DNA of 64,000 bases from an uncultured Bacillota bacterium (GCA_963804645.1 CAWDRG010000009.1:672001-736000); one strand, 5' to 3'. Numbered from the stretch's first letter, positions 41,568 through 51,421 are shown. Numbers and translations: made by a program. Notes: a model not told the origin generated them from the sequence alone.

Positions 41568-41933
41568 GTGGCATTAGTGCTGACGTTTCCCTGCGGACGG
41601 TGCGGCAAGAAGTACAGCATCTACTATCCGAAGACGTTCGTGTATTCCGTCTACGGCACGGGGACACGGGCGCAGGGCGAGCGAGAAGACGCCGAGGAGA
41701 TCACCTCGGGCGCCGTCGAGGTAGCCCGGAACCACGCCGAGAAATCCGGAAACATGTGGATCGACGTGAGCCAGCAGGCGAAGATCACCTGTACCTGCGG
41801 CAAGAACCTCGATTTGAACCTGGCCAATCATCCGCGCGTCCCGGAGCGGAAGCGCGCCGCGCCCGTTCGTCAGACCGGCGTGATCGCGTTCCCGAGCGCC
41901 GCCCCGAAGAAGCCCCCGGCGTCGATCTCGTAG
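41568..41933 (+). CDS. Hypothetical protein with CxxC and CxC (putative Zn ribbon)
   Basis: GAGGTGA RBS; CGRCG and CTCG; high-GC3 codon usage. Confidence 0.7.
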   Translation: MALVLTFPCGRCGKKYSIYYPKTFVYSVYGTGTRAQGEREDAEEITSGAVEVARNHAEKSGNMWIDVSQQAKITCTCGKNLDLNLANHPRVPERKRAAPVRQTGVIAFPSAAPKKPPASIS

Positions 41934-41961
41934 TTCGCGGCGCCGGCACGCGGCGCGTGCA

Positions 41962-42189
41962 TCATTCCGGGGGCGCTGCGGGGGATCGCGCGGCGACCAC
42001 GAGGTGCGTCACTTTCATGCCGCGCGGCGTGCGTTCCGCTTCGTACTCAACCGGCTCTCCCGGCTCCAGCCGGCGGCGGCCGGCGCGCCGCACAATCCGG
42101 CGGTGGATGAACACGTCGTGACCGTCGGCATCCAAGAGGAAACCGTATCCCATCCGGCTGTCAAACCACTTGACGGTCCCGTGTTCCAC
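41962..42189 (-). CDS. Cold-shock domain protein
   Basis: GTVKWFD...GYGFL...DVFIH...L.PG..VEYE. Confidence 0.85.
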   Translation of the reverse strand: MEHGTVKWFDSRMGYGFLLDADGHDVFIHRRIVRRAGRRRLEPGEPVEYEAERTPRGMKVTHLVVAARSPAAPPE

Positions 42190-42199
42190 AGGCGGTTGA

Positions 42200-43243
42200 T
42201 TAGACGGGGCCGCCGCGCCCCCTGGACGGCGCACCCGGGCCGCCCGGCCGCCGCAGCTCCACCTGCGGGGTTAGCCCGGCGAGGATCAGATCCACCGACG
42301 ACGCGACGTTGGTGTGGACGAGCAGCAGATCGCGCTGTGAGACTTCGACGACGCTTTCGAACGTTGGAGGCTCCGTCCGCTCGAGCGCGGTGTGCCGCGC
42401 GCTTTCGCGCCGCTCGGCTTCTTCGGGCGAGAGTACGACCGGGCGCGGGCTGCCCACGAGGCACGCGAGGTCGGGGTTGAACACGACGTCGCGCAGCCGG
42501 TGGCCGTGGGCCGTCGCGACGAGTTGGACGCCGCGCCTCGCGACCGTCCGGACCACGCGCGCCTCGGCCTCGAACCCGATCTCATCCACGATGATCGCCT
42601 CAGCGCCGTGATTGACGACCGCCTGCAGAAGGATTCGAGCCTGGAGATCCTCCACCGCACCGGGGCGCGCGGTGTCGGGAAGCGGGATCTGGAGTCGCCT
42701 CGCGCGGCCGATCGCCGGGTGCGGGATTTGACCGTCCCCGCCGATCTCGTTGCTCGTATCCGCGATGACCGTGCGTCTGCCCAAGGCCCCCGAGAGAAGA
42801 TCGGCTGCGCTTCTCAGCAGGGTGGTCTTCCCCACTCCGGGTTTGCCGATCACGAGCACGCTCCCTCCGGCGCCCAACAGGTCCGCGATCGGCTGTGCCG
42901 CGCCGGGAACGGTCCGACCCGCCCGGAACGTAAACCCGACGATCTCATGGTAGCGGTCGCGGATGCAGGCGATGCGGTGCAGCGTGCGCTCGATGCCGGT
43001 GCGGTTGTCGTCCCGGAAACGGGTGACCCGCCCGAGCACGTACTGCAGGTCCTCGTGGCTGACCTCGCCGGCGAGGGTCTGGAAGCCTGTGCCGCCTCGG
43101 TACCGTACGGAGGGAGGCCTTCCGAGATCCGCTACGATCTCTTCCAGCGAGGCGGCGTCGATCGCGGGAATCTGCGCCACGATCCACCGGGGGACGAGCG
43201 CGAGCAGCCGCTCGATGTCCGCCTCATCCCGAGCTTCGCTCAC
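42200..43243 (-). CDS. AAA ATPase, Ycf45/SpoIIIAA-like
   Basis: DLGR, RTGIERTLHRI, GKPGVGKTT, DTSNEIGGDG, IIVDEIG, ATAHG. Confidence 0.88.
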   Translation of the reverse strand: MSEARDEADIERLLALVPRWIVAQIPAIDAASLEEIVADLGRPPSVRYRGGTGFQTLAGEVSHEDLQYVLGRVTRFRDDNRTGIERTLHRIACIRDRYHEIVGFTFRAGRTVPGAAQPIADLLGAGGSVLVIGKPGVGKTTLLRSAADLLSGALGRRTVIADTSNEIGGDGQIPHPAIGRARRLQIPLPDTARPGAVEDLQARILLQAVVNHGAEAIIVDEIGFEAEARVVRTVARRGVQLVATAHGHRLRDVVFNPDLACLVGSPRPVVLSPEEAERRESARHTALERTEPPTFESVVEVSQRDLLLVHTNVASSVDLILAGLTPQVELRRPGGPGAPSRGRGGPV

Positions 43244-44226
43244 GGTGCCGTGGCGGCGAGGCGGTTGACGTCCGAGAACAGCGGTTCGAAGGTGAACGGG
43301 ACCGCCGCCGCGGGATGATCGCCCGATGTCAGCGGGAACAGCGACAGCGTAACCTGCACGGAACGGGCGGTTCGAACGGACGCGTCGATCACGCCGTTCT
43401 CCGTCGCGCCGTGGGGCAGCAGCTCCGGGTGCGTGCGGTCGACACTGCCGCGCGCCATCGCGAACGGCACCAGCGTACCGTTGACGCGCACGAGCACGCC
43501 GACGGGCCGGAGCGCGACGTCAGCGTCGCCGTTGTTCGTGAGGCGATAGCGAATCGAGACGCTCACTATCGTCCGCGTCACGTCGAACACCGCCGCGATC
43601 GGCCCAACGGTCTGGGTCACTTCCAGGGACTCGGGAGCCGCCGGCCCGCCGGAAGCCGCGTCCGGATGCGCGCTCGCGTTCGCCGGCGCGGCTTGGTGTG
43701 GGCTCGACGGGGTGGCGATCGCCGCGCGCGCCGCGGTCCCCTGGCCCGCGGACGGTTGGGATGGGGCGGCGGCCGGACCTGGACGACCCGGCGCCGGTGC
43801 GCTCGCGCGCGCAGGCGGCGCTGAGCCGGCGGCATTCCCGGACCGGGTGACCACATAGACGACATCGGCGGTGCGCGGGCCCGCGGCGATCGTGAGATCC
43901 CACACCGAGGTGACGTCACCGAACCATACGACCATGTTGGTGACCCCCGCGTTCACCTGTGGCTGCAGAATCACGTCGAACACATCCTGCCCATGCTTGA
44001 CCGGGGTCGCCGTGACGAGGCGGGGATCGCCGATCGCGACCGCGTCGATCCGATGGTCGGCGCGGACGACGGTCGCGAATCCGGGCTGCAGGCGCAGCGA
44101 CGTCCGGGTGTCCGATCCGCTGACGTATACGGTTAAGGGCGGCGGGGAGGCACGGACCGTTCCTGCCGCCAGCGCGACGAGCGTCACGAGGAGCGTCCCG
44201 GCCGCGGCGCGGCGGAGCACTGTCAT
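43240..44226 (-). CDS. Secreted protein with a pilus-secretin N-terminal-like (CpaC/RcpA N) domain
   Basis: Signal peptide; VAIGDP...G.TNMVVW; Pro/Ala linker; C-terminal Ig-like beta domain. Confidence 0.6.
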   Translation of the reverse strand: MTVLRRAAAGTLLVTLVALAAGTVRASPPPLTVYVSGSDTRTSLRLQPGFATVVRADHRIDAVAIGDPRLVTATPVKHGQDVFDVILQPQVNAGVTNMVVWFGDVTSVWDLTIAAGPRTADVVYVVTRSGNAAGSAPPARASAPAPGRPGPAAAPSQPSAGQGTAARAAIATPSSPHQAAPANASAHPDAASGGPAAPESLEVTQTVGPIAAVFDVTRTIVSVSIRYRLTNNGDADVALRPVGVLVRVNGTLVPFAMARGSVDRTHPELLPHGATENGVIDASVRTARSVQVTLSLFPLTSGDHPAAAVPFTFEPLFSDVNRLAATAP

Positions 44227-44588
44227 CCGCGTTCCCTGAGGAATTGCTCCATCCGCTCGGTCCCCCACTGCGAGATGTTGCGTCCCTCCATCAGCAGCTT
44301 GCTCTTGAGGCGCCGGATCTTCTCCTGCTCGAGCGGCACGGCGATCGCCGCCAGGGTGCTGCGGTCGACCCCTTTGAAGAACCGCAGCCCGCCGGTCGCG
44401 GGCGGACGTACCCGGTGCGAGGCCACCTCATCATCGACCCAGGTCCGGATGACGTCCTGCATCAGGCGGCCCTCGAGCACGAGACGCGCTCGAAACTTGC
44501 GGTGCAATTCCTTCGGGACGTGGATGCCCATCTTCGCCTCGCCGCGCGCGTCCGACTCTCGCCGGCCGTCTCGACCTCTCTCACGCAT
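44223..44588 (-). CDS. Tandem ribbon-helix-helix (ParG-like) DNA-binding protein
   Basis: Two repeats: IHVPKELHRKFRARLVLEGRLMQDVI and IAVPLEQEKIRRLKSKLLMEGRNISQW. Confidence 0.7.
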   Translation of the reverse strand: MRERGRDGRRESDARGEAKMGIHVPKELHRKFRARLVLEGRLMQDVIRTWVDDEVASHRVRPPATGGLRFFKGVDRSTLAAIAVPLEQEKIRRLKSKLLMEGRNISQWGTERMEQFLRERG

Positions 44589-44608
44589 TTCGCCACCCCC
44601 ACCGTGAC

Positions 44609-44660
44609 GCATGCGTATATCCTAACATATAGACGTTTGAGCGTTCTAACAGTTTCATGT
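44609..44660. repeat. 8-bp periodic tetramer array (putative RHH operator)
   Basis: gcat/atat/acat/acgt/gcgt/acag/atgt at 44609, 44617, 44625, 44633, 44641, 44649, 44657. Confidence 0.5.
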
Positions 44661-44681
44661 CCCTTGGCGCGGGCCGCTGGC

Positions 44682-44978
44682 TCAGTGCAGTCCGTACGGG
44701 GATCGAACCTGAAGCTTGACGGCCACGTCGCGCAGCCGTCTCAACATGTGGTCGTGCAGCCGCGCGACCTGCGTGACGATCACCTCAGGATCCTCACCGT
44801 TTTCTGCCAGACACTCCATCATCGAACAGAAGAGCGCCTGGGGCAGACGCGTCGCGCAATCGAGCGCTTCCTCGACGGTCAGCTTCCCGGATCGTTCCGC
44901 GCCCTTGACCTGCGCCCAGAGCTTGTCGAAGAGCATGTACGCCACCTCGTCTGGGACGTCTGTGTGAGGGTTGCGCAT
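44682..44978 (-). CDS. Hypothetical protein
   Basis: 98 aa with a globular-looking helical composition; fills the gap between genes. Confidence 0.55.
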   Translation of the reverse strand: MRNPHTDVPDEVAYMLFDKLWAQVKGAERSGKLTVEEALDCATRLPQALFCSMMECLAENGEDPEVIVTQVARLHDHMLRRLRDVAVKLQVRSPYGLH

Positions 44979-45183
44979 GCGGCGGTCGCGCGTTGCGTCA
45001 TTATCCTAAGGGCGGAGGTCGGTTGCGGCAAGCCACGTCGCGAACATGCTCGGTTCACTCCGCTAACGTGCCGCACCATTCGCGCCGGCGGCGCCGATGT
45101 CGGCGGCGGCCGTGTAGTGTACTATTAGGCCGGGCCCCGCGTGGGGACGTTCGAGACAGACGTGATGTGAAAGAGGTGCTTGC

Positions 45184-46029
45184 ATGGATCACAGCCGCAA
45201 CCTTGTCACGCCAGCCTGGCTGGCCGCGCACGTGGCGGACCCGGCGGTCGTGATCATCGACTGCCGCTTCGACCTGACGAACCCGCGTGCCGGGCGCGAG
45301 GCGTATGACCACGCGCACATCCCCGGGGCCGTTCACTTGGACCTTGAGCGCGATCTTTCCGGACCGAAAGCGCCTCACGGCGGACGGCACCCGCTGCCGG
45401 AGATGTCCCGATTCGCCGAGAAGATCGGCCGCGTCGGCATCGACGAGCGGGTGGTGGTGGTGGCGTACGATGCGCAGAACGGGTCCTTCGCTGCGCGGCT
45501 GTGGTGGATGCTCCGCTATCTCGGGCACGATCGCGTCCAGGTGCTTAACGGTGGATGGCAGGCGTGGCAGCGGGGCGGCTTTCCGACGACCGCCGATGTC
45601 CCGACGACTATGTCGCGCAGGTTCGTGCCGAAGCTCAGGTCCGGCGTGCTGGTGGACATCGATGACCTGCGGGCTCGGCTGAAGCGTCCGGGCACGCGCC
45701 TCGTGGACTCGCGCACGCCCGAGCGCTACCGCGGGGACGTCGAACCGCTCGATCCGGTCGCCGGACACATTCCCGGGGCCGTCAACCTCCCGTGGACGGA
45801 CAACCAGGACGAGACGGGCGCGATGAAACCGGTGGAGGATCTGCGGCGGCGCTTCGCGGGCCTTCGAGAGGGAGACGCCCAGCCGATCGTCTACTGCGGA
45901 TCGGGCGTCACCGCCTGCGCGAACCTGCTCGCGATGGAGGAGGCGGGTCTTGCCGATGCCGTGCTCTATGTCGGCGGCTGGAGCGATTGGTGTTCCTATC
46001 CGGATAACCCGGTCGCGACGCGCGACTAG
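45184..46029 (+). CDS. sseA: Tandem rhodanese sulfurtransferase (SseA-like)
   Basis: HIPGAV, GRHPLP, ARLWWML, GHIPGA, YCGSGVTA, LYVGGWSDW. Confidence 0.93.
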   Translation: MDHSRNLVTPAWLAAHVADPAVVIIDCRFDLTNPRAGREAYDHAHIPGAVHLDLERDLSGPKAPHGGRHPLPEMSRFAEKIGRVGIDERVVVVAYDAQNGSFAARLWWMLRYLGHDRVQVLNGGWQAWQRGGFPTTADVPTTMSRRFVPKLRSGVLVDIDDLRARLKRPGTRLVDSRTPERYRGDVEPLDPVAGHIPGAVNLPWTDNQDETGAMKPVEDLRRRFAGLREGDAQPIVYCGSGVTACANLLAMEEAGLADAVLYVGGWSDWCSYPDNPVATRD

Positions 46030-46055
46030 CGCGGCACGCCGGCCCGCACCGCGCA

Positions 46056-46226
46056 GCGATGGGGGCGGGACCACTCGGTGGCCCCATCCCGGTGACTGAG
46101 TGTATTCTCTCCTGACTTCTTGCGCTCGGCCGAGAGGGGTTGTCTCCGTTGATTCCGGCGCTCCGCGCCTCGCGGCCCCGAGCTGTCGGGCCAGGTCCGG
46201 ATCTATTTAGTGGCGCTCGTTCGTTC
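46056..46226 (-). ncRNA. Candidate structured non-coding RNA (family not recognised)
   Basis: Nested helices CCTGGC/GTCAGG, CCG/CGG, GCTC/GAGC, GCC-GCGA-GGC; A-rich junctions; 3' hairpin; no credible ORF. Confidence 0.5.
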
Positions 46227-46247
46227 GACAGCAGAGTAAAGTTCTGT

Positions 46248-46276
46248 TTGACAACATGACCGGGTGAATATAAACT
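46248..46276 (+). promoter_or_regulatory. sigma70 promoter of the XRE-TPR gene
   Basis: TTGACA-17 bp-TAAACT. Confidence 0.75.
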
Positions 46277-46309
46277 CGTGCAAGAGTCTGAGCGCCGGGG
46301 GGCGCACCC

Positions 46310-47608
46310 GTGGTGTTGACGCTCGGGGAGAAGATCCGAACCGCGCGGCTCGATTGCAGGCTTACGCAGGAGCAACTGGCCGGCCGAGAGTTCACAAAAT
46401 CCTACGTCTCCGAACTTGAACGCGGCACCCGAACTCCTCGCTTGACGACTCTCAAGGTGCTTGCCAGGCGGCTCAATCGTCCCTTGTCCTATTTTCTCGA
46501 TGGCGTGCTCGAGGACCGCGAGCCTGAAGCGTTTCTTGAGATCGGCGTCGCCCACATGCACGCGGGAGCGCTGTCAGAGGCGCAGGCCTCCTTCGATCGA
46601 GCGCTCGAGCTCGCGGCGCAGCACGATGACGAGGTGCTCGAGATTCGGATCGAGCTCTCGATGACGGTTGTCGAGCGCCAGTTGGGACGCGCCGGGGCGG
46701 CATGGAAGCGGGTCAACCGGTGCATTCAGGCGCTCGGCCAGAGCGGCGACCGGGCCCTGCTGGCCCAGGCCCAGGCGCTCCTTGGGTGGCTGCGCCTCGA
46801 CGCCGGCGATGCATCCTCGGCGCTGTGGGCGTTCGAGGCGGCGCTCCAACTCGTGAAACTGCTGCCCCCCGACCCGGCCGTGCTGGCCGACCTTCACGCG
46901 GGACTCGGAGAAGCGCATCTGCAGCTCGGTCGCGGCGACGAATCCGAGCGAGCGTTCCGTGCCGCGCTCTCCACCGCGGAGCCGTACCGCGACCCGTCCC
47001 ACGTCGCATCATGGCATCTCGACCGCGCGGTCGTGGCGTCGCAGAGTGGTCACTTTGACGACGCGACCGAACAGGCCATGCGGGCCCTGGCCGTCTACCA
47101 CACGATGGCCCACAAGCGCCGTCTGGCTGGAATCCATCAAGCGCTAGGGCGGGCCGAGGCCGCGAGCGGGCGGTGGGCCGAGGCGGAACATCACTACAGG
47201 TCGAGCGTGGCGCTGCAGTGCGCGGCGGCGAACTGGCCAAAGGCGGCGGAGATTCTCGGCGTGATGGCGGAGACCGTGCTCGCCCGTACCTGGCCTGACG
47301 GCGCCCGGGCGATCGGAGAGACCGCGCTGGCGCTTCTGTCCTACGACGAAGGACACCGCGATCGGGCCGACTACCTGCGCGTGCGCGGGATGCTCTGTCG
47401 TTTGCTCGGGAAGGCCGATGAGGCGCGCACTGCGCTCGACGAGAGCCTGCGCTTGCTCGAAGCGACGGAGCGTGACCGCGAGATTGGAGTGATCCGGCTC
47501 GAGCTCGCGCTGCTGGCGATCGAGACGCGGGATCTTGACGCGGCGCGCCATCAGCTCAAGATGCTTCGCGACAGCGCGCCGCCGCACCACCCGTCGAGTG
47601 GGTTCTAA
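46310..47608 (+). CDS. XRE-family HTH plus TPR regulator (RRNPP-like architecture)
   Basis: LGEKIRTAR...LTQEQLA...SYVSELERG...P, followed by about 350 aa of helical TPR-like repeats. Confidence 0.88.
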   Translation: MVLTLGEKIRTARLDCRLTQEQLAGREFTKSYVSELERGTRTPRLTTLKVLARRLNRPLSYFLDGVLEDREPEAFLEIGVAHMHAGALSEAQASFDRALELAAQHDDEVLEIRIELSMTVVERQLGRAGAAWKRVNRCIQALGQSGDRALLAQAQALLGWLRLDAGDASSALWAFEAALQLVKLLPPDPAVLADLHAGLGEAHLQLGRGDESERAFRAALSTAEPYRDPSHVASWHLDRAVVASQSGHFDDATEQAMRALAVYHTMAHKRRLAGIHQALGRAEAASGRWAEAEHHYRSSVALQCAAANWPKAAEILGVMAETVLARTWPDGARAIGETALALLSYDEGHRDRADYLRVRGMLCRLLGKADEARTALDESLRLLEATERDREIGVIRLELALLAIETRDLDAARHQLKMLRDSAPPHHPSSGF

Positions 47609-47682
47609 CTTCCGCCGCCCCTTCGGGGCGGTGATCTCTCGCCCCGCGGCAGGTGCGCCGTCACGGCGCGCGCGCGGTCGTC

Positions 47683-47839
47683 TCAGAAGAACCTCCACTC
47701 CCCGTAGAGGAAGTAATAGGCGAGGACGCGAGTCAAATAGACGATCAGCCGCATGAGGACGTAGCTGATCGCCAGCAGTCCTAGAAAGAACCAAATCCGA
47801 AACTTCCACTCGGGCGCGGGGCGCCTGATCGACCGTCAC
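47683..47839 (-). CDS. Small membrane protein (about 51 aa) with an apparent 1-nt insertion near the start
   Basis: Hand translation: EWKFRIWFFLGLLAISYVLMRLIVYLTRVLAYYFLYGEWRFF*; GTG 47839 after AGAAAGG is one base out of frame across a CCCC run. Confidence 0.5.
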
Positions 47840-48159
47840 CCAACCTTTCTTCGCGCTGGTGCCCGTACGTCAGGGTGGGCCGCGTCTCTGCGTCCGGGTG
47901 CCGATCGTTCGCGGACCGGCCGCCGGGGCTCCACGACACGGCTCTTCTGGCTCTTCGCGCGCGTTCCTGTCCGGCGCGCTGCGCCCGAGACAGGGGCGGA
48001 CCTCCACAACTTCTTCGCAGGGTCCACGTGAGTTTTGCATGAGTTTGTCGCGGGAACTTCACGGGCAGTCGCTATCGTGGTGGGCGAGGCGCAGGAGACG
48101 GTTCGCCACAGTATCCGAGGCCGCAGCCGTCGACCCGCCCCCTGAAAGGAGATGGCGTC

Positions 48160-48345
48160 ATGTTGCGGGTACGCTGCCCTGAGTGCGGAGCTGAATCCGA
48201 GGTCATGCCACAGTATGGGCACGAAGTCGTGTCGGTGTACTGCCTCAAGCATACCGGCGGAGCCGAATGCCACACCCGCCCGGTGTACATGACGCCGATC
48301 CCCGCGGTCCAGGGGGCAGCCGCGCGCGAGCCGGTGGCCGCCTAA
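48160..48345 (+). CDS. Small Cys/His-rich (Zn-ribbon-like) protein
   Basis: GAAAGGAG RBS; CPECG, CLKH, CH. Confidence 0.65.
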   Translation: MLRVRCPECGAESEVMPQYGHEVVSVYCLKHTGGAECHTRPVYMTPIPAVQGAAAREPVAA

Positions 48346-48446
48346 CCCCGGATGCGGCGTCCGGGGCTTGGTGACGGCGCGACACGAATGCGAAGCGGCC
48401 GGCCGACCAGGTGCGCCCCGGTGGCCGGCCGCCGTGGGCGAGGACT

Positions 48447-48475
48447 TTGACAGGCGATGCTGATCTTGGGATAAT
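48447..48475 (+). promoter_or_regulatory. sigma70 promoter of tRNA-Val
   Basis: TTGACA-17 bp-GATAAT. Confidence 0.75.
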
Positions 48476-48503
48476 GTTGGGTGCTCGCGATCGCGGCGTC
48501 TGG

Positions 48504-48578
48504 GGGCGGTTAGCTCAGGGGTAGAGCGCATCCTTCACACGGATGAGGCCGCAGGTTCAAGACCTGCACCGCCCACCA
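48504..48578 (+). tRNA. tRNA-Val(CAC)
   Basis: GGGCGGT/ACCGCCC acceptor stem, CATCC-TTCACAC-GGATG anticodon arm, GCAGG-TTCAAGA-CCTGC, A-CCA. Confidence 0.95.
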
Positions 48579-48616
48579 CACACCTCTTTGCACCGGACAT
48601 GACACGTGGAGCGACA

Positions 48617-48832
48617 ATGATCGTCCGATACGATAGCGACGCCGATGTGCTTCTTGTCAAATTGCGAGACGAGCCTCCGACCGACACTGTCGAAGAAGAA
48701 GGCGGGGTCATCATCAGCTACGGGGACAAAGGGCTCCCTGTGAGCGTGGAGTTCCTTAACGCTTCGCGGCACGGCTTTGTTCAGCGCCGGGACCCAACTG
48801 TCACGTTGGCCGGTCTAAAGGCGTCAGCGTAG
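48617..48832 (+). CDS. DUF2283 family protein
   Basis: MIVRYDSDADVLLVKL...GVIISY...VSVEFLNAS. Confidence 0.8.
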   Translation: MIVRYDSDADVLLVKLRDEPPTDTVEEEGGVIISYGDKGLPVSVEFLNASRHGFVQRRDPTVTLAGLKASA

Positions 48833-48844
48833 GCAACTCTTGAT

Positions 48845-50517
48845 CTAATTTAGTTCGCCATGAAAAACGTGGGCGCAAACCCTTGTAAAATCTGGGTTTC
48901 CATGCGCGGTGCGAGCGCAAAATGATAGGATTCCCGACCCGAAGATCGAACTGATGCAACGGCCAAGCAACACCGATTCGACGCTCCTGGGAGGGAATCC
49001 CAATGCCGCTTCTTCGCGCTCCGGTTCCCGGCTCCTGCTCCCGAGGCCGGCCATGTTGAGGCTGCGGGACCCGCAAGGCTCGCTGTGGGATCAACTCCTC
49101 CCCGTCCAAGCGCGGACGCTGAGTGCCGAGTTGACCGCCGTGGATACGTGCTTGGCCGATGAGCGGTTCTTCGAGCCCTACCTGCAGCGCTTCAACACGC
49201 TGATCGGCCGGCCGACCGTCCGGTCGAGACGTACCTGCGCTTGATGTATCTGAAGCATCGGTACCGCCTCGGCTATGAGTCCCTGGTCAAGGAAGTCACG
49301 GACAGCCTGCACTGGCGCCGATTCTGCCATCTGGCGTTGGACGCGCCGGTGCCCGCACGCGACCACGCTGAGCAAGCTGACCCGGAAGTACGGGCCCGAC
49401 GTCGTGCACGACTTGAATCGGGCCCTGGTCCAGCGCGCTCGCGAGCACAAGCTCATGCGGTGCCGCAAACTGCGCATGGATACGACGGTGGTGCAAGCGC
49501 CCATCGACTATCCGACGGACATCGGGCTGCTGGCCGACAGTGCGCGGGTCGTGACGCGAACGGTGCGCCAGCTCCAGGCCGCGGGCGTGGCGGTGCGGAC
49601 GGGCTTGCGCTCCCGGGCCCGCAGCATCAAGCGCGCGCTGGCCACCGTCGGCCGCAGTTTGCGCATGCGGACGGACGAGGCGAAGCAGGCCGTGCTCAAG
49701 CAGACGGCCCGCGTGCTCACGGGCACGAAACAAATCGGCCGGCAGGCGGAGCGGGTGCTGCGCAACAGTCGGCACGTCGGGCAGCACATCGACGCGAAGA
49801 CGGCCGCGATGGTGAAGCGGACGCGCGTCCGGCTGCGGCGCCAACTCGAGTTGACGGCGCCGGGTCGTCACGCCAAACGCGGACGCGTCTCAAGGGGACG
49901 ACGACGATTCCGGATCGGATCGTCAGCGTGTTTGATCCCGAAGCCCGTCCCATCCGCCGCGGCAAGCTGAGCGCGAAGACGGAGTTCGGCTACAAGGCGC
50001 TGCTCACCGAGACCGAAGATCGGCTGATCACGCACTACGAAGTCCATATGCGAAATCCGGAAGACGGCAGTCTGCTGCCTGCGGCGTATGCGGGACACAC
50101 CGAGACGGTGCCGGGGACGCCACACGTCGTCGCCACCGATCGCGGGTTTGGCACCAAAGACAATGAGGCATTTCTTGAACAAGGCCGGCGTGAAGCAGCA
50201 TCAGCCTTCCCATAAAGGAAGGACGAGCGCGGCGCGCGCCGCGCATGAACGCCAACGATGGTTCCGTCGACAACAACGATGGCGCAGTGGGCAGGAAGCG
50301 ACGATCAGCCTGGGCAGCCGCAAGTATGGATGGCGATACAGTCGATTGCGCGGTCGCAGCTGGTGCCGATACGTGGATCGGGTTCGGAATTCTGGCCCAC
50401 AATCTGGACCGAATCGTGGTGTTGGGGACAACGACGATGAGCTTCAGCGCAAACGATCACTTCCACACTGGCCGCGCGAGCGCGTGCAGGCACGATCTCG
50501 TGTTCGCCACCATTTAA
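48845..50517 (+). mobile_element. Decayed IS (IS5/ISNCY-like DDE transposase, at least 4 frameshifts)
   Basis: From ATG 49053: GRPT, LMYLKHRYRLGYE, RMDTTVV...YPTD, RIVSVFDPEARPIRRGK...EFGYK, TDRGF, WRSGQEATIS; ends approximate. Confidence 0.85.
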
Positions 50518-50559
50518 GCCTCTCGGCAGAACCGTGTCGACCGGAGCACCCGAGCACGC

Positions 50560-51421
50560 GGGCGGATCACGTCAGCGGAATGGCTTCCGCAGTCACCGTT
50601 TGCTCGGATCCTAACATGCGGTGGAGCGGCAGCAGCTCGTTCACGCCGCGCAGGGTACGGATGTACTGGATACGCGGCGCAGTGGATCACGGCGCGTGAA
50701 CTCGCTGAACTGGAACCGGACATCGACCCAAACGTGATCGGCGACGGGCCCGTCATGTTTTTCCGCAACGAAGGGTGGCTTGACCCGGTTCCGCACACGC
50801 ACGCAATGCTCTCTGCGGCGATCCGTACGGGTGCTGCGCTCCATACTGGCTCGCGGGTGATCGAAACGCGCATTGAGTGCGGACGCGTGGTGCAGGTGAA
50901 GACCGCGTCTGGCGCGACCTTCAATACCGAGGTCGCAGTGCGCTACGCCGGACGGTGGGTCAGTGACGTGGCCCGTCTCGCCGGGGTGACGATCCCACTG
51001 GCACCGACCGTCGGGTTGCTCGTCACGACGACTCCGGCTCCCACGTGCCTCCGCCGCATCGTGCTCGTGCCCGATTGCGATCTTCGGCCCGACGGCGCCG
51101 GCCGGCTGAGGCTGCACATGGAAGACACAGACGCCGATGCTTCCGCCGGCTCAAGACCTCGTTCGCCGGGCCGCCCGGGTGCTGCAGGGGTTCGACGGAG
51201 TCAAGGCGGAAGCGGCCAGAAGCGGCATACGACCAATGCCGGTAGACCGTCACTCGGTGGTCGGGCCGATTCCGGGTGTCGACGGATACTATGTGGTGGT
51301 GACGCACAGCGCAGTGACACTGGCCGCCTTCCTCGGCCAAGCGGTGGCCGAGGAGATCGCGCATGGCCGTGTCGACGTTCACCTGACGCCCTTCCGACCG
51401 GCGAGGTTCTTTGTGGCGTAG
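50560..51421 (+). pseudogene. FAD-dependent oxidoreductase (DAO/DadA family), 5'-truncated by the IS and frameshifted
   Basis: EGWLDP, AGRW, GIRPMPVD, THSAVTLAAFLG, FRPARF spread over frames. Confidence 0.75.

Noticed and set aside
46056..46226. c-di-AMP (ydaO) riboswitch, suggested by CCCGACAGCT
   Set aside because: Lacks GCTGAA and GGGGTGAAT elements and has no downstream same-strand gene.
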